DNA from: an uncultured Erysipelotrichaceae bacterium | Lineage (GTDB): Bacteria > Bacillota_I > Bacilli_A > RF39 > UBA660 | Length of the DNA: 64,000 nucleotides | Assembly (NCBI GenBank): GCA_948439995.1 | Contig: CAOJNP010000002.1 | Location: 316 to 64,315 of the forward strand | Direction: 5' to 3' | Shown: piece after piece, positions 15,392 to 25,505 of the stretch | Layout of the letters: each line of letters opens with the position of its first letter | Numbering within the stretch: the first letter of the stretch is position 1 | Translations under genes and position numbers: made by a program | Notes under the pieces: generated by a model | Told to the model about the DNA's origin: nothing | Seen by the model: only the letters and a program-made list of their open reading frames with translations | The model's database searches: none

Positions 15392-17950
15392 CTATTCTTT
15401 TTTTTCTTTGTCATTTTTTTGTTTTAATTCATATAACACATTTAAGGCATCCATTGGTGTGAGTCTTAAAGGGTCAATTTGATTTAAGTATTCTCTTAAT
15501 TCATCGGTTTTCTTTTCTTCCTCAAAGTCCATAACAAGTTGAATGGTATCATCTTCTGTCTGTTTTTTCTTTTTGCTTTCTTTTTCATAGAAACTTAAAA
15601 TTTCGTTTGCACGGTTTAATAAACTTTTTGGCATGCCAGCAAGAGAAGCTACATGAATTCCATAACTTTTATCGACAGCTCCCGATTTGATTTTATGAAG
15701 AAAAGTAATTGTTCCATTTTCTTCTTTGGCACTGACATGAATGTTTTTAATATTTGAAAAATTTCTTTCTAAGCTAGTTAATTCATGATAATGAGTGGAA
15801 AATAATGTTTTACATTTGATGTTTTTACTAATGTATTCAAGTATACTTTGTGCAAGACTCATTCCATCATAAGTGGCTGTTCCTCTTCCTAATTCATCAA
15901 ATAAAATAAGACTATTTTCGGTTGCATTACAAATGGCATTTTTAGCTTCTTTCATTTCTACCATAAAGGTGGATTCTCCATTTACTAAATCATCGCTGGC
16001 TCCAATTCTGGTGAATATTTTATCTATGATCGGAAGATTTGCATAGCTGGCTGGAACAAATGAACCCATTTGTGCTAGTATTATAATAATAGCTAACTGA
16101 CGCATGTAAGTACTTTTTCCGCTCATATTTGGTCCTGTAATTAAAAGAGTATTGATACTTTGATCCATTATACAATCATTATTTACATATTCTTGATTAC
16201 TTACTTTTTCAACAACTGGATGTCTTCCTTCTTTGATTTCAATATGATGTCCTTCGTTTAATTCGGGTTTAACAAAATGATATTCTTCTGCACAAACAGA
16301 TAATGAACAAATTGCATCTAGTTCACTTAATATTTCTGCAGTATCTAATAAGGAAAGCAATTTTTCTTTAATCATATTTTTAACTTCTAAAAATAAATTG
16401 TATTCCATTTCAATTATTTTTTCTTCGGCATTTAAAATTAATGCTTCTTTTTCTTTTAATTCTGGACTGATGTATCTTTCACAATTTGTAAGTGTTTGTC
16501 TTCTTTCCCAATGAAGATCATCTGATACTTGGCTTACTTGTCCTTTTGATACTTCGATATAATAACCGAATACTTTATTATATCCAACTTTTAAGGTTTT
16601 AATGCCTGTTGTTTCTTTTAATTTGGATTCGAAATCAGCAAGAAAAGTTTTTCCTCCACTTCTTACTTCTTTTAATTCATCTAGTTCTTGATTAAATCCA
16701 CTTTTAATGATATACCCTTCTTTGATTGTGACAGGAGGATTATCATAAATCGCACGTTCTAATAAATCATATATTTCTTGGTGAGTATTCATTGAATAGT
16801 CAAATTTTAATTCTTCGCAAATTTCTTTTACTTCTGGTAGTGTTCCTATGCTATTTTTTAATTGAAGTAGGTCTCTGGCATTTAAGTTACCACAAGTTAA
16901 TTTGCCACAAATTCTTTGAATATCATAGACTTTATATAACGCATTTCGAAGTCGATCTTTTAATATAAATTCATTATGAAGTATATCAATTTTATGATAG
17001 CGATTTAGTATTAAATTTTTGTCTTTTAACGGATTCATAAGCCATTGTTTTAGCTTTCTACTTCCCATACTTGTTTTACATTTGTCCAATAACCATAATA
17101 AAGAATATGTTCTTTCTTTTAAACGTAATGTTTCTACCAATTCTAAATTTCTAACTGTATGAACATCCATTTCTAAATAATCATCTAAAAAGATTTGTTT
17201 TGCTGGATTTAGATGTGATAAATCTTTTAATTCACGAATCACTAAATAATAAAATAAATGTTTGACACTTTCTTTTAGGTGTTCATCTTCTAGATTTTCA
17301 TATAAATTTTGATATTGATTTTCTAAAGTATGTTCACTTATGGATACTTCTATTCCATAATTTCCTTTTAAGGTTCCAATTAATTCTACATCTAAATTGT
17401 CTTTTAAAATGACTTCTAAAATTCCTAAGTTTAAAATTTCACTTAAAAGTTTTTCTTTTTGATGTGGCAAGGATGTAACATATAAAGATCCTGTACCAAT
17501 ATCTGCATAACAAATCACATATAGATAGGAAAAATCTAAAATGCTCGCTATATAATGATTGTCACATTCGTTTAAAAATCCAGAATCAATTACAGTACCT
17601 TTGCTAATGACTTGTATAACTCCTCTTTTAACCATGCTTTTACTGTCTTTTGAGTCTTCTAATTGTTCACAAATTGCAACTTTATATCCTTTGCTTACTA
17701 ACTTTTCAATGTATGGATTTACAGAATGAAAAGGTACTCCACACATGGGGACACGTTCTTTTAAACCAGCATTTTTTCCTGTAAGTGTTAATTCTAATTC
17801 ACGACTGGCTGTTTCTCCATCTTCAAAAAATAGTTCATAAAAATCTCCAACTCGATAAAATAATAACTCATTCGGATATTCCTTTTTAATATCCATATAT
17901 TGTTTCATCATAGGACTTAAATCATTATAGTTTACTTCGCTTCGTTTCAT
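15392..17950 (-). CDS. mutS: DNA mismatch repair protein MutS
   Basis: N-terminal mismatch-binding motif TPMMKQY..IK..YP..LLFYRVGDFYELFFEDG. Walker A GPNMSGKSTYMRQ. Also STF.VEM and DELGRGT motifs. Length is 852 aa. Confidence 0.92.
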   Translation of the reverse strand: MKRSEVNYNDLSPMMKQYMDIKKEYPNELLFYRVGDFYELFFEDGETASRELELTLTGKNAGLKERVPMCGVPFHSVNPYIEKLVSKGYKVAICEQLEDSKDSKSMVKRGVIQVISKGTVIDSGFLNECDNHYIASILDFSYLYVICYADIGTGSLYVTSLPHQKEKLLSEILNLGILEVILKDNLDVELIGTLKGNYGIEVSISEHTLENQYQNLYENLEDEHLKESVKHLFYYLVIRELKDLSHLNPAKQIFLDDYLEMDVHTVRNLELVETLRLKERTYSLLWLLDKCKTSMGSRKLKQWLMNPLKDKNLILNRYHKIDILHNEFILKDRLRNALYKVYDIQRICGKLTCGNLNARDLLQLKNSIGTLPEVKEICEELKFDYSMNTHQEIYDLLERAIYDNPPVTIKEGYIIKSGFNQELDELKEVRSGGKTFLADFESKLKETTGIKTLKVGYNKVFGYYIEVSKGQVSQVSDDLHWERRQTLTNCERYISPELKEKEALILNAEEKIIEMEYNLFLEVKNMIKEKLLSLLDTAEILSELDAICSLSVCAEEYHFVKPELNEGHHIEIKEGRHPVVEKVSNQEYVNNDCIMDQSINTLLITGPNMSGKSTYMRQLAIIIILAQMGSFVPASYANLPIIDKIFTRIGASDDLVNGESTFMVEMKEAKNAICNATENSLILFDELGRGTATYDGMSLAQSILEYISKNIKCKTLFSTHYHELTSLERNFSNIKNIHVSAKEENGTITFLHKIKSGAVDKSYGIHVASLAGMPKSLLNRANEILSFYEKESKKKKQTEDDTIQLVMDFEEEKKTDELREYLNQIDPLRLTPMDALNVLYELKQKNDKEKKE

Positions 17951-18153
17951 ACTTCCACCAATGTGTATTATATCATGATAATGAAGGATGGCTAGTAAAA
18001 AATGGTAAAATTTTTCAATTTTAGAATAAAAATTAGCTTTGATCTTTTCAATATTTTTATGAGAAGATTGAAAAAAAAGACCATATTAAATAAAGTTCTT
18101 TTAATTCTTATTTATTACAGTTTTGCCATATTTTTTAAATGGTCCGTTAACAT

Positions 18154-18177
18154 GAAAAAAATGCCCTTTTGGCATTA
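18154..18177 (-). terminator. rho-independent terminator of the recD2/small-protein transcript
   Basis: Stem AATGCC-ctttt-GGCATT overlaps the stop codon at 18175-18177. It is followed on the minus strand by 7 T residues. Confidence 0.55.
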
Positions 18178-18351
18178 TTTCATTTTCTTTTTCATTTTTT
18201 GAATTGATTCTTCTGCTTCATCCATTGCGGTATTCAATAACTTGTCTGCTTTTTTTTTCGTATTGGTATTAGTTAATGTATATGTTGCTAAAGCAGCTCC
18301 ACCCATCATGGATAATGCAGAGACAAATAACATATTTTTAAAATGTTTCAT
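18175..18351 (-). CDS. small single-TM protein (hypothetical)
   Basis: ATG preceded by GAGGTGGAAAGGT. Translation: MKHFKNMLFVSALSMMGGAALATY..., with a charged tail. Confidence 0.35.
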   Translation of the reverse strand: MKHFKNMLFVSALSMMGGAALATYTLTNTNTKKKADKLLNTAMDEAEESIQKMKKKMK

Positions 18352-18407
18352 ACCTTTCCACCTCACATTCTTAATATGGGTAGAAAATACTTCTTTATAC
18401 TTGATGT

Positions 18408-20618
18408 TTATTCTTTCGCTCCGTTAAATTTTTCCAGTAATATTTCTTTTAATGTCGTTTTCCGATGATTGGAGTAATCGTTTTTTACTCCTTCTAAAAA
18501 TGCGATGGGCTCTCCTACAATCATTAAACTTTTTTTTGCTCTTGAAACTCCAGTATAAATTAATTTATTATAAAGCATTTTGTAATAATTTTTACTAATT
18601 GGTAAAATGACATGTGGAAATTCACTACCTTGACTTTTATGAATTGTCATGGCATAAGCATGTTTGATAGCAAATAAATCTTCTTTGGTATAAACGACAT
18701 AGTTTCCATCAAAGTCGATTGTAATTTGTTCTTTTTTTCTTCCTTTTTGTTTTGTTTCTTCTATTTTTTTTATATATCCAATATCTCCATTGTAAACATT
18801 ACAATCTGGATTATTTACAAGTTGTAAAACTTTATCATTGGTTCGATATGTGTAATCTCCTACTTTAATTTCTTTAGAATCTTCCGTTTTAGGATTAAAT
18901 AAGGCTTGTAAAATAATATTTAAGTTGTCGATTCCATTTTCTCCTTTATACATGGGAGCAAGTATTTGAATGTCGTCTACTTTTAATCCTTTTTCCATCG
19001 ATTTTTCACATATTTGATAAATTGTTTCTTTTATGATTTTGCTTTGACATGGAAAAAAATTGTAATCATCGGTTTTATCCATAAAATTTTCATTGAGCTT
19101 TTGTTCTTTAATTTCCTTTGCTAAATAAGGAATATAGGAGTTTTCGCTTTGACGATAAATTTTATTTAAAGGACAATAGGAAAATAAATTGCTTTCTACT
19201 AAATCATTTAAAATGAGTCCTGCACCCACACTTGGTAATTGAAATGTGTCTCCTACAAAAACGATTTGAATATTAGATTCAATTCCTTCTAGTAAGTTAT
19301 AAAGAAGAAATGTATCAATCATACTGACTTCATCAACAATAATAAGACGATGCTGGTTTTTATTATGCCGATTAATTAAAAATTCATTGGTATCTTTATT
19401 CCATTTTAAATATCGATGAATCGTCATTGCAGGTAAATTGGTGCTCATAGAAAGTTTTTTACTTGCTCTACCTGTTGGAGCTAATAGTGCAATGGAAGTA
19501 TAGGTTTCGATTGGTGTGAGGTGATATAATTGAATGAAAAGTTTTACTATCGCATTTACAATAGTAGTTTTTCCTGTTCCTGGACCTCCAGAGATAATTG
19601 TAATCCGTTCTTGTAAGGCTTTTTTTATGGCTTTTTTTTGTTCTAAATTATAATGTACGGAGGAAGATTCTTCTAAATGTTCTAATTTTTCATCCAATTT
19701 TTTATGTGTTTTTTTAGGCATTGCGGCAATGTGATATAAATGATCGGCAATTTTATGCTCCATTTCATAGTTTTCTTCTAAATATATTTTTTGTTCTTTT
19801 TGAATAATTTCAAATTTGGATTCTAATTCTTCTATATAGCTTTGTAATTCTTCCATATCTAAAAAAATTTGAAACCAATTTTTTAAGCTTGTATGAATTT
19901 CTTCTATATAATAATAGATGTCACCTGTCGTATCACTTAATCTTTTCATACATTCGATCAAACATGCTTTGATTCGAATGGGATTATCACTATCATGATT
20001 TGTTTTGAAGATTTCATCAATTTTATTAAAGTCTATTATTTCTTGAAAAAAATAAAGATTTTCATTTAAATAAGTTTTGGTTTTATCTTTGAAACGGTTG
20101 ATAATTTTTGTGGCTTCATTGACGCTAAATCCTAAATTTTTTAATTCTAAAATTAAATCATCGCTACTTGAATAAGCTAATATGGAAGCATAAATTTTGT
20201 TCGCTTTTTTTTCTGTCATTCCAGGTACTAAATATAAATTCGCCATATTTTCTTTAATTTTGTTTAAAGATTCTTCTTTAAATGTTTCCACGATTTTCAT
20301 CGCTGTTTTTTCTCCACAACCTTTGATTAACGGACTGCTTAAAAATTCGATGATTGCTTCGGTACCATTTGGTATTTCTTTTTCTGATTTATATACTTGA
20401 TATTGATATCCATATCGTTCATGTTTTTGATATTCTCCATATAGAATGTAAGTGTCTTCTGTATTTAAATCTACAAACGTTCCTGTAATGGTAATCGTTT
20501 TGTTTAAAAATTCTTTTAATTCTTCTTCATCGGTTTCTTTGACTTTAAAGGTTCCTACAAAAAAACCATTTTCACTTTTAAATATAGTTTGTCTTATTTT
20601 TCCTTTGATGTAATGCAT
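18408..20618 (-). CDS. recD2: ATP-dependent RecD2-like DNA helicase (YrrC family)
   Basis: SF1 Walker A IISGGPGTGKTT, Walker B LIIVDEVSM, and HhH modules in the N-terminal half. Length is 736 aa. Confidence 0.85.
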   Translation of the reverse strand: MHYIKGKIRQTIFKSENGFFVGTFKVKETDEEELKEFLNKTITITGTFVDLNTEDTYILYGEYQKHERYGYQYQVYKSEKEIPNGTEAIIEFLSSPLIKGCGEKTAMKIVETFKEESLNKIKENMANLYLVPGMTEKKANKIYASILAYSSSDDLILELKNLGFSVNEATKIINRFKDKTKTYLNENLYFFQEIIDFNKIDEIFKTNHDSDNPIRIKACLIECMKRLSDTTGDIYYYIEEIHTSLKNWFQIFLDMEELQSYIEELESKFEIIQKEQKIYLEENYEMEHKIADHLYHIAAMPKKTHKKLDEKLEHLEESSSVHYNLEQKKAIKKALQERITIISGGPGTGKTTIVNAIVKLFIQLYHLTPIETYTSIALLAPTGRASKKLSMSTNLPAMTIHRYLKWNKDTNEFLINRHNKNQHRLIIVDEVSMIDTFLLYNLLEGIESNIQIVFVGDTFQLPSVGAGLILNDLVESNLFSYCPLNKIYRQSENSYIPYLAKEIKEQKLNENFMDKTDDYNFFPCQSKIIKETIYQICEKSMEKGLKVDDIQILAPMYKGENGIDNLNIILQALFNPKTEDSKEIKVGDYTYRTNDKVLQLVNNPDCNVYNGDIGYIKKIEETKQKGRKKEQITIDFDGNYVVYTKEDLFAIKHAYAMTIHKSQGSEFPHVILPISKNYYKMLYNKLIYTGVSRAKKSLMIVGEPIAFLEGVKNDYSNHRKTTLKEILLEKFNGAKE

Positions 20619-20642
20619 GGATACTTCACCTCATTCATTTTA

Positions 20643-20665
20643 TCAAAGAATGAAAAAAAGCGAAA
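20643..20665 (-). terminator. rho-independent terminator
   Basis: Stem GCGAAA-gttt-TTTCGC, followed on the minus strand by 7 T residues. It lies downstream of ORF 20678..21082. Confidence 0.55.
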
Positions 20666-20677
20666 GTTTTTTCGCCT

Positions 20678-21082
20678 TTAATTGTTCGACATTTTATATC
20701 CTAGTAAATATAATTGATAGGATAAAGAATCATATTGCTCGTCTAAATCTTTAAAATCTTGCGTTGATTTTGCTTGATTTAATTTAGTCCAAGATTCATA
20801 TAAACGATTGTAATTTATTAACATCATTTCTCGATCTTTTTGACTTGCCGAACTCATTCGATTATAGTAGTCATTTAAAGATGTTATTATAAATTCATCA
20901 TATGTAGCATAATTTTTTTTGTCTACTTTTTTGATTTGTTTAAAAGATGTATCTCTTATAATTGGTTGCATAATATTTGCTTTTTTTAATAATGAATCGT
21001 TTAATTTTACAATTCCTATATATATTGAATTATCATTTAATTCTAATACTTTAAAATCACACTTTGAAAACATACCCTTCAC
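20678..21082 (-). CDS. hypothetical protein
   Basis: 134 aa with its own terminator. No recognisable motif. Confidence 0.4.
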   Translation of the reverse strand: MKGMFSKCDFKVLELNDNSIYIGIVKLNDSLLKKANIMQPIIRDTSFKQIKKVDKKNYATYDEFIITSLNDYYNRMSSASQKDREMMLINYNRLYESWTKLNQAKSTQDFKDLDEQYDSLSYQLYLLGYKMSNN

Positions 21083-21125
21083 CTATTTTTATTATATCAG
21101 ATTTTAAGAAAAAATATATACTTTT

Positions 21126-22412
21126 TTAAAGATTCACTGTTGTATGTTTCTCTCCAATTATTTCTACTCCATCTAATTTTTGCAATAATACTGATTCCAT
21201 TTGATTTTGTTCGGATTCATTTTTTATTTTCACTTTTAAATAATTGGAAGTATGTCCTACAAAGAATTGATCTTTTGTTTCTTCTATTAAAACATCCATG
21301 GTTTGATTTAAAAATTGTTTTGCATATTCAAGTTCTAATTTATTTGATAATGAAATTAGTTCTCGATTTCGTTCTTTTTTTATTTCTTCTTTTACTTGTT
21401 CTATCATATTTGCGGAAGCTGTTCCATCTCTTTTGGAATAAGGAAAGGCATGAACTTTACTGAATTTAAATTTTTTTACTGTATTTAATGTTTGTTGAAA
21501 TAGTTCATCTGTTTCAAATGGGTGCCCTACAATGATATCGGTTGTAATATTAATGAAAGGACGAATATTTCTTATTTCTTTTAGTTTGTTTTCAAATTCT
21601 TTTAAGTTGTATTTTCGATTCATTTTTTTTAAAATATCATCACTTCCTGCTTGTAAGGGAATATGTAAATGATCACATATTTTGGAATTCTTTCTTAATT
21701 CATTTAAAAATTTATCATTTAATTCTGTAATTTCGATAGATGAAATTCGGATTCTTTTTAATTTTTTCATTTTACTTAATTCATGAATTAAATCAGTTAA
21801 GTCATAATTCATTCCGTAACCATAAGCCCCTGTATTAATTCCCGTAAGTACAATCTCTTTGTGCCCGTGATTTACAAACGAATTGGCTTCTTTTAATACG
21901 TCTTTCATTGGTTTTGATCGAAGTACACCTCGTACATAAGGTATGATACAATAACTACAAAAATTGTTGCATCCATCTTGTATTTTTAAAAATGCTCTTG
22001 TGTGACTTGTAAATTTTTCAATTTCCATTGGTTCAAATGGGATGTTTCTAGTGTTTGCAAATTGAATCTTTTTTTTCTTTTCTTCTTTATATTGATTAAG
22101 ATAAAAAACAATTTTACTTTTGTTCTGATTTCCAATTAAAATATCAATATCCATTGATTCATATTCTTTTTGCTTGTTTTCACTACTACATCCTGCTACA
22201 ATTAAAATCGTATTTGGGTTGCTTTTTTTGATATGTCTAGCCATCTTTTGTGACTTTTTATCAGCCATGTTTGTTACAGTACAGGTATTAATAATTGTAA
22301 TGTCACTATTTTCTTCTTGAAATAAAAATCCAGCTTTTTCTAATTTTTCTTTCATCATTTCGCTTTCATATAAATTAACTTTACATCCTAAAGTGATAAT
22401 GGAAAATGTCAT
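21126..22412 (-). CDS. mtaB: radical-SAM methylthiotransferase, MiaB family (MtaB-like)
   Basis: N-terminal MTTase domain (ITLGCKVNLYESE), radical-SAM CNNFCSYCIIPYVRG, and a C-terminal TRAM-like region. It sits downstream of dnaJ, as yqeV/mtaB does in Bacillus. Confidence 0.65.
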   Translation of the reverse strand: MTFSIITLGCKVNLYESEMMKEKLEKAGFLFQEENSDITIINTCTVTNMADKKSQKMARHIKKSNPNTILIVAGCSSENKQKEYESMDIDILIGNQNKSKIVFYLNQYKEEKKKKIQFANTRNIPFEPMEIEKFTSHTRAFLKIQDGCNNFCSYCIIPYVRGVLRSKPMKDVLKEANSFVNHGHKEIVLTGINTGAYGYGMNYDLTDLIHELSKMKKLKRIRISSIEITELNDKFLNELRKNSKICDHLHIPLQAGSDDILKKMNRKYNLKEFENKLKEIRNIRPFINITTDIIVGHPFETDELFQQTLNTVKKFKFSKVHAFPYSKRDGTASANMIEQVKEEIKKERNRELISLSNKLELEYAKQFLNQTMDVLIEETKDQFFVGHTSNYLKVKIKNESEQNQMESVLLQKLDGVEIIGEKHTTVNL

Positions 22413-22465
22413 AAGTATTCCTCCGATCTACCTATTATACTATAAAAAAAAGACTTTTTAAAAGT

Positions 22466-22957
22466 CTAATTTAATAGTTCGTTTAATTGTTTTAATGTTT
22501 TTAAAAATTCTTCTTCATGATAATAAGCCATGGATTTGATTTCTACTTTGTTTTCTTCCATAGAATTATGAGATAATTTTTCTAAATCTATTTTTTTTAC
22601 TTGAATTTCATTGTCAATCATTTGTTCTTTTTCATATTGGATTGGAATTGGTGCCGTTTTTAGTAATTCTTCATAACTAATAATTGCTTTTTCTTCTTGC
22701 TCATTTTCATATTCAGTCATGTCAATAATCGGCTTTGGTTTTTCATCAATTGTATTTACAATCTTTTTAAGATCTATTTCTTCTTCCATTTCATTTTGTA
22801 CTGGCTTTTTTAAAATATCTTCCTCTTCGTTATTTTTTAATATATAAATAAGTGAAACAACTAGCACAATTAAAGTTAGTACGGAAAAGTATAAGATGTA
22901 ATCAATTAAGGATAAGGTATGTAAAAATGAAATAATATCTTTTATAAATTGCATCAT
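22466..22957 (-). CDS. hypothetical N-terminally anchored acidic protein
   Basis: One N-terminal TM helix and a Glu-rich tail. No recognisable motif. Confidence 0.4.
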   Translation of the reverse strand: MMQFIKDIISFLHTLSLIDYILYFSVLTLIVLVVSLIYILKNNEEEDILKKPVQNEMEEEIDLKKIVNTIDEKPKPIIDMTEYENEQEEKAIISYEELLKTAPIPIQYEKEQMIDNEIQVKKIDLEKLSHNSMEENKVEIKSMAYYHEEEFLKTLKQLNELLN

Positions 22958-23032
22958 ATTCCTCCTCCTTTTGTTATTATTATAGTAATTTTGATAAATT
23001 ATGTAAAGAAAAAGAACGAATTATCGTTCTTT

Positions 23033-24274
23033 TTACGGATTGTTGACGAGATAAGGATCTTCTTTGCTGCCTGTACCTGTAACTGTTATTTTTTTTGTTA
23101 AATTAATCACTGGTCGATTACCACGAAATAAAGTTCCAAGTGTTCCTTCATTCATTTCTCCATTTTGATCTGTTTCGATGTAATAATAATTTCCATTGTT
23201 GTTTTTTGCAGGACTTAGTGTCCACCAACTGGTTTTAATTTCAGAATTGTATAAATAATATTCTGTGTTTGGTGAATGGTTGCTTCCTCCTGCTAATGCT
23301 ACTTCATCTGCAGATAATAATCCAATTTTAGAAGATGTTGCTTCTCCAAGACATTCAAAAATAGCATTGTGATTGGTATAAATTCTGGTTAATGTTAAAA
23401 ATCCATTTTCATCATAAGAGGTATCAGAACAAAATTTACTATTTGCTATAAAGGCATCATAGTTTATTAAATTACTTTGATACCAGACTTTTAAAATGTT
23501 TAAGATATTGGCATCTTGAAAAGATAAATTATAATTACTATCTTGAGCATAAAATTGAGTATTATTATTGATTAAATCATTTAATACTAATTTGACACTA
23601 CCATCGCCATTAATTTTTACAATACGCCATAAAAAATTGGCAAAAGAAACATAATTATTTTCAGTTTTTCCTCGAAAATAATAACTTTTTCCATCGTCAT
23701 CTGTACTTTCAATTAATCCTTCTTCTTCTGTTGCTGCAGATTCTCCAACTATCGTTTTTGTACTACCATGAATAGTATTGTTTTTTAGAATAATATTCGC
23801 AAAATTATTCATATCTTTTTCTAGTTGAATGGAAATGGTTCCAATTACTTTTGCTTGTTCTTGATTTTTGATTTTTAGAGTATAACTATGCGTTGTATTT
23901 CCTTGAATTTCCATTGCTTTTACGATTTCATCGTGGCCATTGGGATAACTTTTTTGAATACTTTGAAAGTTTTTTTGATCACTAAAAAGTTCGTATTCTG
24001 CATTTTTAGAATTGGTACGTTCTAAATTTATACTGTAATAAGTAGGTTCATTGGAAGTATTAATAATGGAAAAGTGATATATTTTTTCTTTTTCTTTGGT
24101 CTCAATTTCTTTTCCTTCTAAAAAGTTAAAGGATAAGTTTTCTTCTACAAACACCTCTGCATATTCATTAATAGCATTACTACTTTTATGAAAAGAATAA
24201 TGAATAATACAAGAAATGCTTCCAATTAAAAGTAATGTTAAAACAAATAAGGTAATTTTATATTTTTTTTGCAT
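23033..24274 (-). CDS. hypothetical secreted/anchored protein
   Basis: N-terminal signal/anchor. The C-terminal motif KIGLLSADEVALAGG...YYLYN...WWTLSP resembles a recurrent LLS.DE...WWLRSP surface-protein motif recalled from memory. Confidence 0.4.
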   Translation of the reverse strand: MQKKYKITLFVLTLLLIGSISCIIHYSFHKSSNAINEYAEVFVEENLSFNFLEGKEIETKEKEKIYHFSIINTSNEPTYYSINLERTNSKNAEYELFSDQKNFQSIQKSYPNGHDEIVKAMEIQGNTTHSYTLKIKNQEQAKVIGTISIQLEKDMNNFANIILKNNTIHGSTKTIVGESAATEEEGLIESTDDDGKSYYFRGKTENNYVSFANFLWRIVKINGDGSVKLVLNDLINNNTQFYAQDSNYNLSFQDANILNILKVWYQSNLINYDAFIANSKFCSDTSYDENGFLTLTRIYTNHNAIFECLGEATSSKIGLLSADEVALAGGSNHSPNTEYYLYNSEIKTSWWTLSPAKNNNGNYYYIETDQNGEMNEGTLGTLFRGNRPVINLTKKITVTGTGSKEDPYLVNNP

Positions 24275-24384
24275 ATCATCAAATCCTCAATTATTATAAG
24301 TATATGATTTTGTGCAATTTTTGTCAATTTTTATCCATTCTCATTTGATGAATATATAAAAAAATAGCTATGTTTTTCACATAA

Positions 24385-25500
24385 CTATAAATATTTTTTA
24401 AAGCTTTTTATTTCACTGTCATTTTCTAAATTTGTCTTATCTAATTCTTCCAACAATTTTTTTTGTTCTCTTGATAATTTTATTGGAGTAACCACATGGA
24501 AAATGACATATAAATCCCCTTTGCGTAAAGAATTTGCTACTTTCACACCTTTTCCTTTTAATTTTACTTTGCTACCGCTTTGAGTTCCTGCTTTAACATC
24601 TAATATAACATTACTATCAATAGTTGGAATTTCTACTTTACCTCCCAAAGCTGCCGTTGTAAAAGTAATTGGTACTTCAAGGAATAAATCTTCTTCTTCT
24701 CTTTCAAAAATAGGATTTTTTCCAACTTTAAATTCGATATAAATGTCGCCATTTGGGCCACCATGATATCCAGCTTCACCTTTTCCAGAAATTTTTAATT
24801 GATAGCCATTGTCTACTCCTTCTGGAATGGTTATTTCAATTTCTTTTTTCTTTTTTATGTGTCCAGACCCACGGCATACATTACATTTTTCTTCGTAAGT
24901 TTTTCCTTTTCCTCCACAAGTTGAACAAGTAGTTTCGGTTTGAAAAATACCAAATAAACTACGTTGTTCTTCAATTACTCTTCCTTTTCCATTACAAGTT
25001 TTACAAGTTTTTTCTCCAAATCCACCAACACCATTACATTTTTCACAAGTTTCATCTAATTCTAGTTGAATCTCTTTTTTACAGCCTTTCACTGCTTCTA
25101 GAAAAGATAAATCAAGTCTTATTAGACGGTCTCGTCCTTTTTGAGGACGATTGGAACTTCTTCTAGATGAACCTCCAAAACTACTAAATCCAGAGAAACC
25201 TCCTCCAAATAAATCATCAAAAATACTTCCTAAGTCAAAATCTTCGGCATTAAATCCAGAGAAACCTCCGCCACCATTTTGGAATGCTGCATGTCCAAAT
25301 TGATCATATTGACGTCTTTTTTCAGGGTCAGATAAAACAGAATATGCTTCGCCAATTTCTTTGAATTTTTCTTCTGCCCCTGGCTCTTTATTCACATCGG
25401 GATGATATTGTTTGGCCAGTTTTCGAAATGATCGTTTAATTTCTTCATCGGTTGCAGATTTTGAAACACCTAAGACTTCATAATAATCTTTTTTTTCCAT
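24385..25500 (-). CDS. dnaJ: molecular chaperone DnaJ
   Basis: J-domain (DYYEVLGV...HPD), G/F-rich linker, four CxxCxGxG zinc-finger repeats, and a C-terminal domain. Confidence 0.92.
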   Translation of the reverse strand: MEKKDYYEVLGVSKSATDEEIKRSFRKLAKQYHPDVNKEPGAEEKFKEIGEAYSVLSDPEKRRQYDQFGHAAFQNGGGGFSGFNAEDFDLGSIFDDLFGGGFSGFSSFGGSSRRSSNRPQKGRDRLIRLDLSFLEAVKGCKKEIQLELDETCEKCNGVGGFGEKTCKTCNGKGRVIEEQRSLFGIFQTETTCSTCGGKGKTYEEKCNVCRGSGHIKKKKEIEITIPEGVDNGYQLKISGKGEAGYHGGPNGDIYIEFKVGKNPIFEREEEDLFLEVPITFTTAALGGKVEIPTIDSNVILDVKAGTQSGSKVKLKGKGVKVANSLRKGDLYVIFHVVTPIKLSREQKKLLEELDKTNLENDSEIKSFKKYL

Positions 25501-25505
25501 TTATT

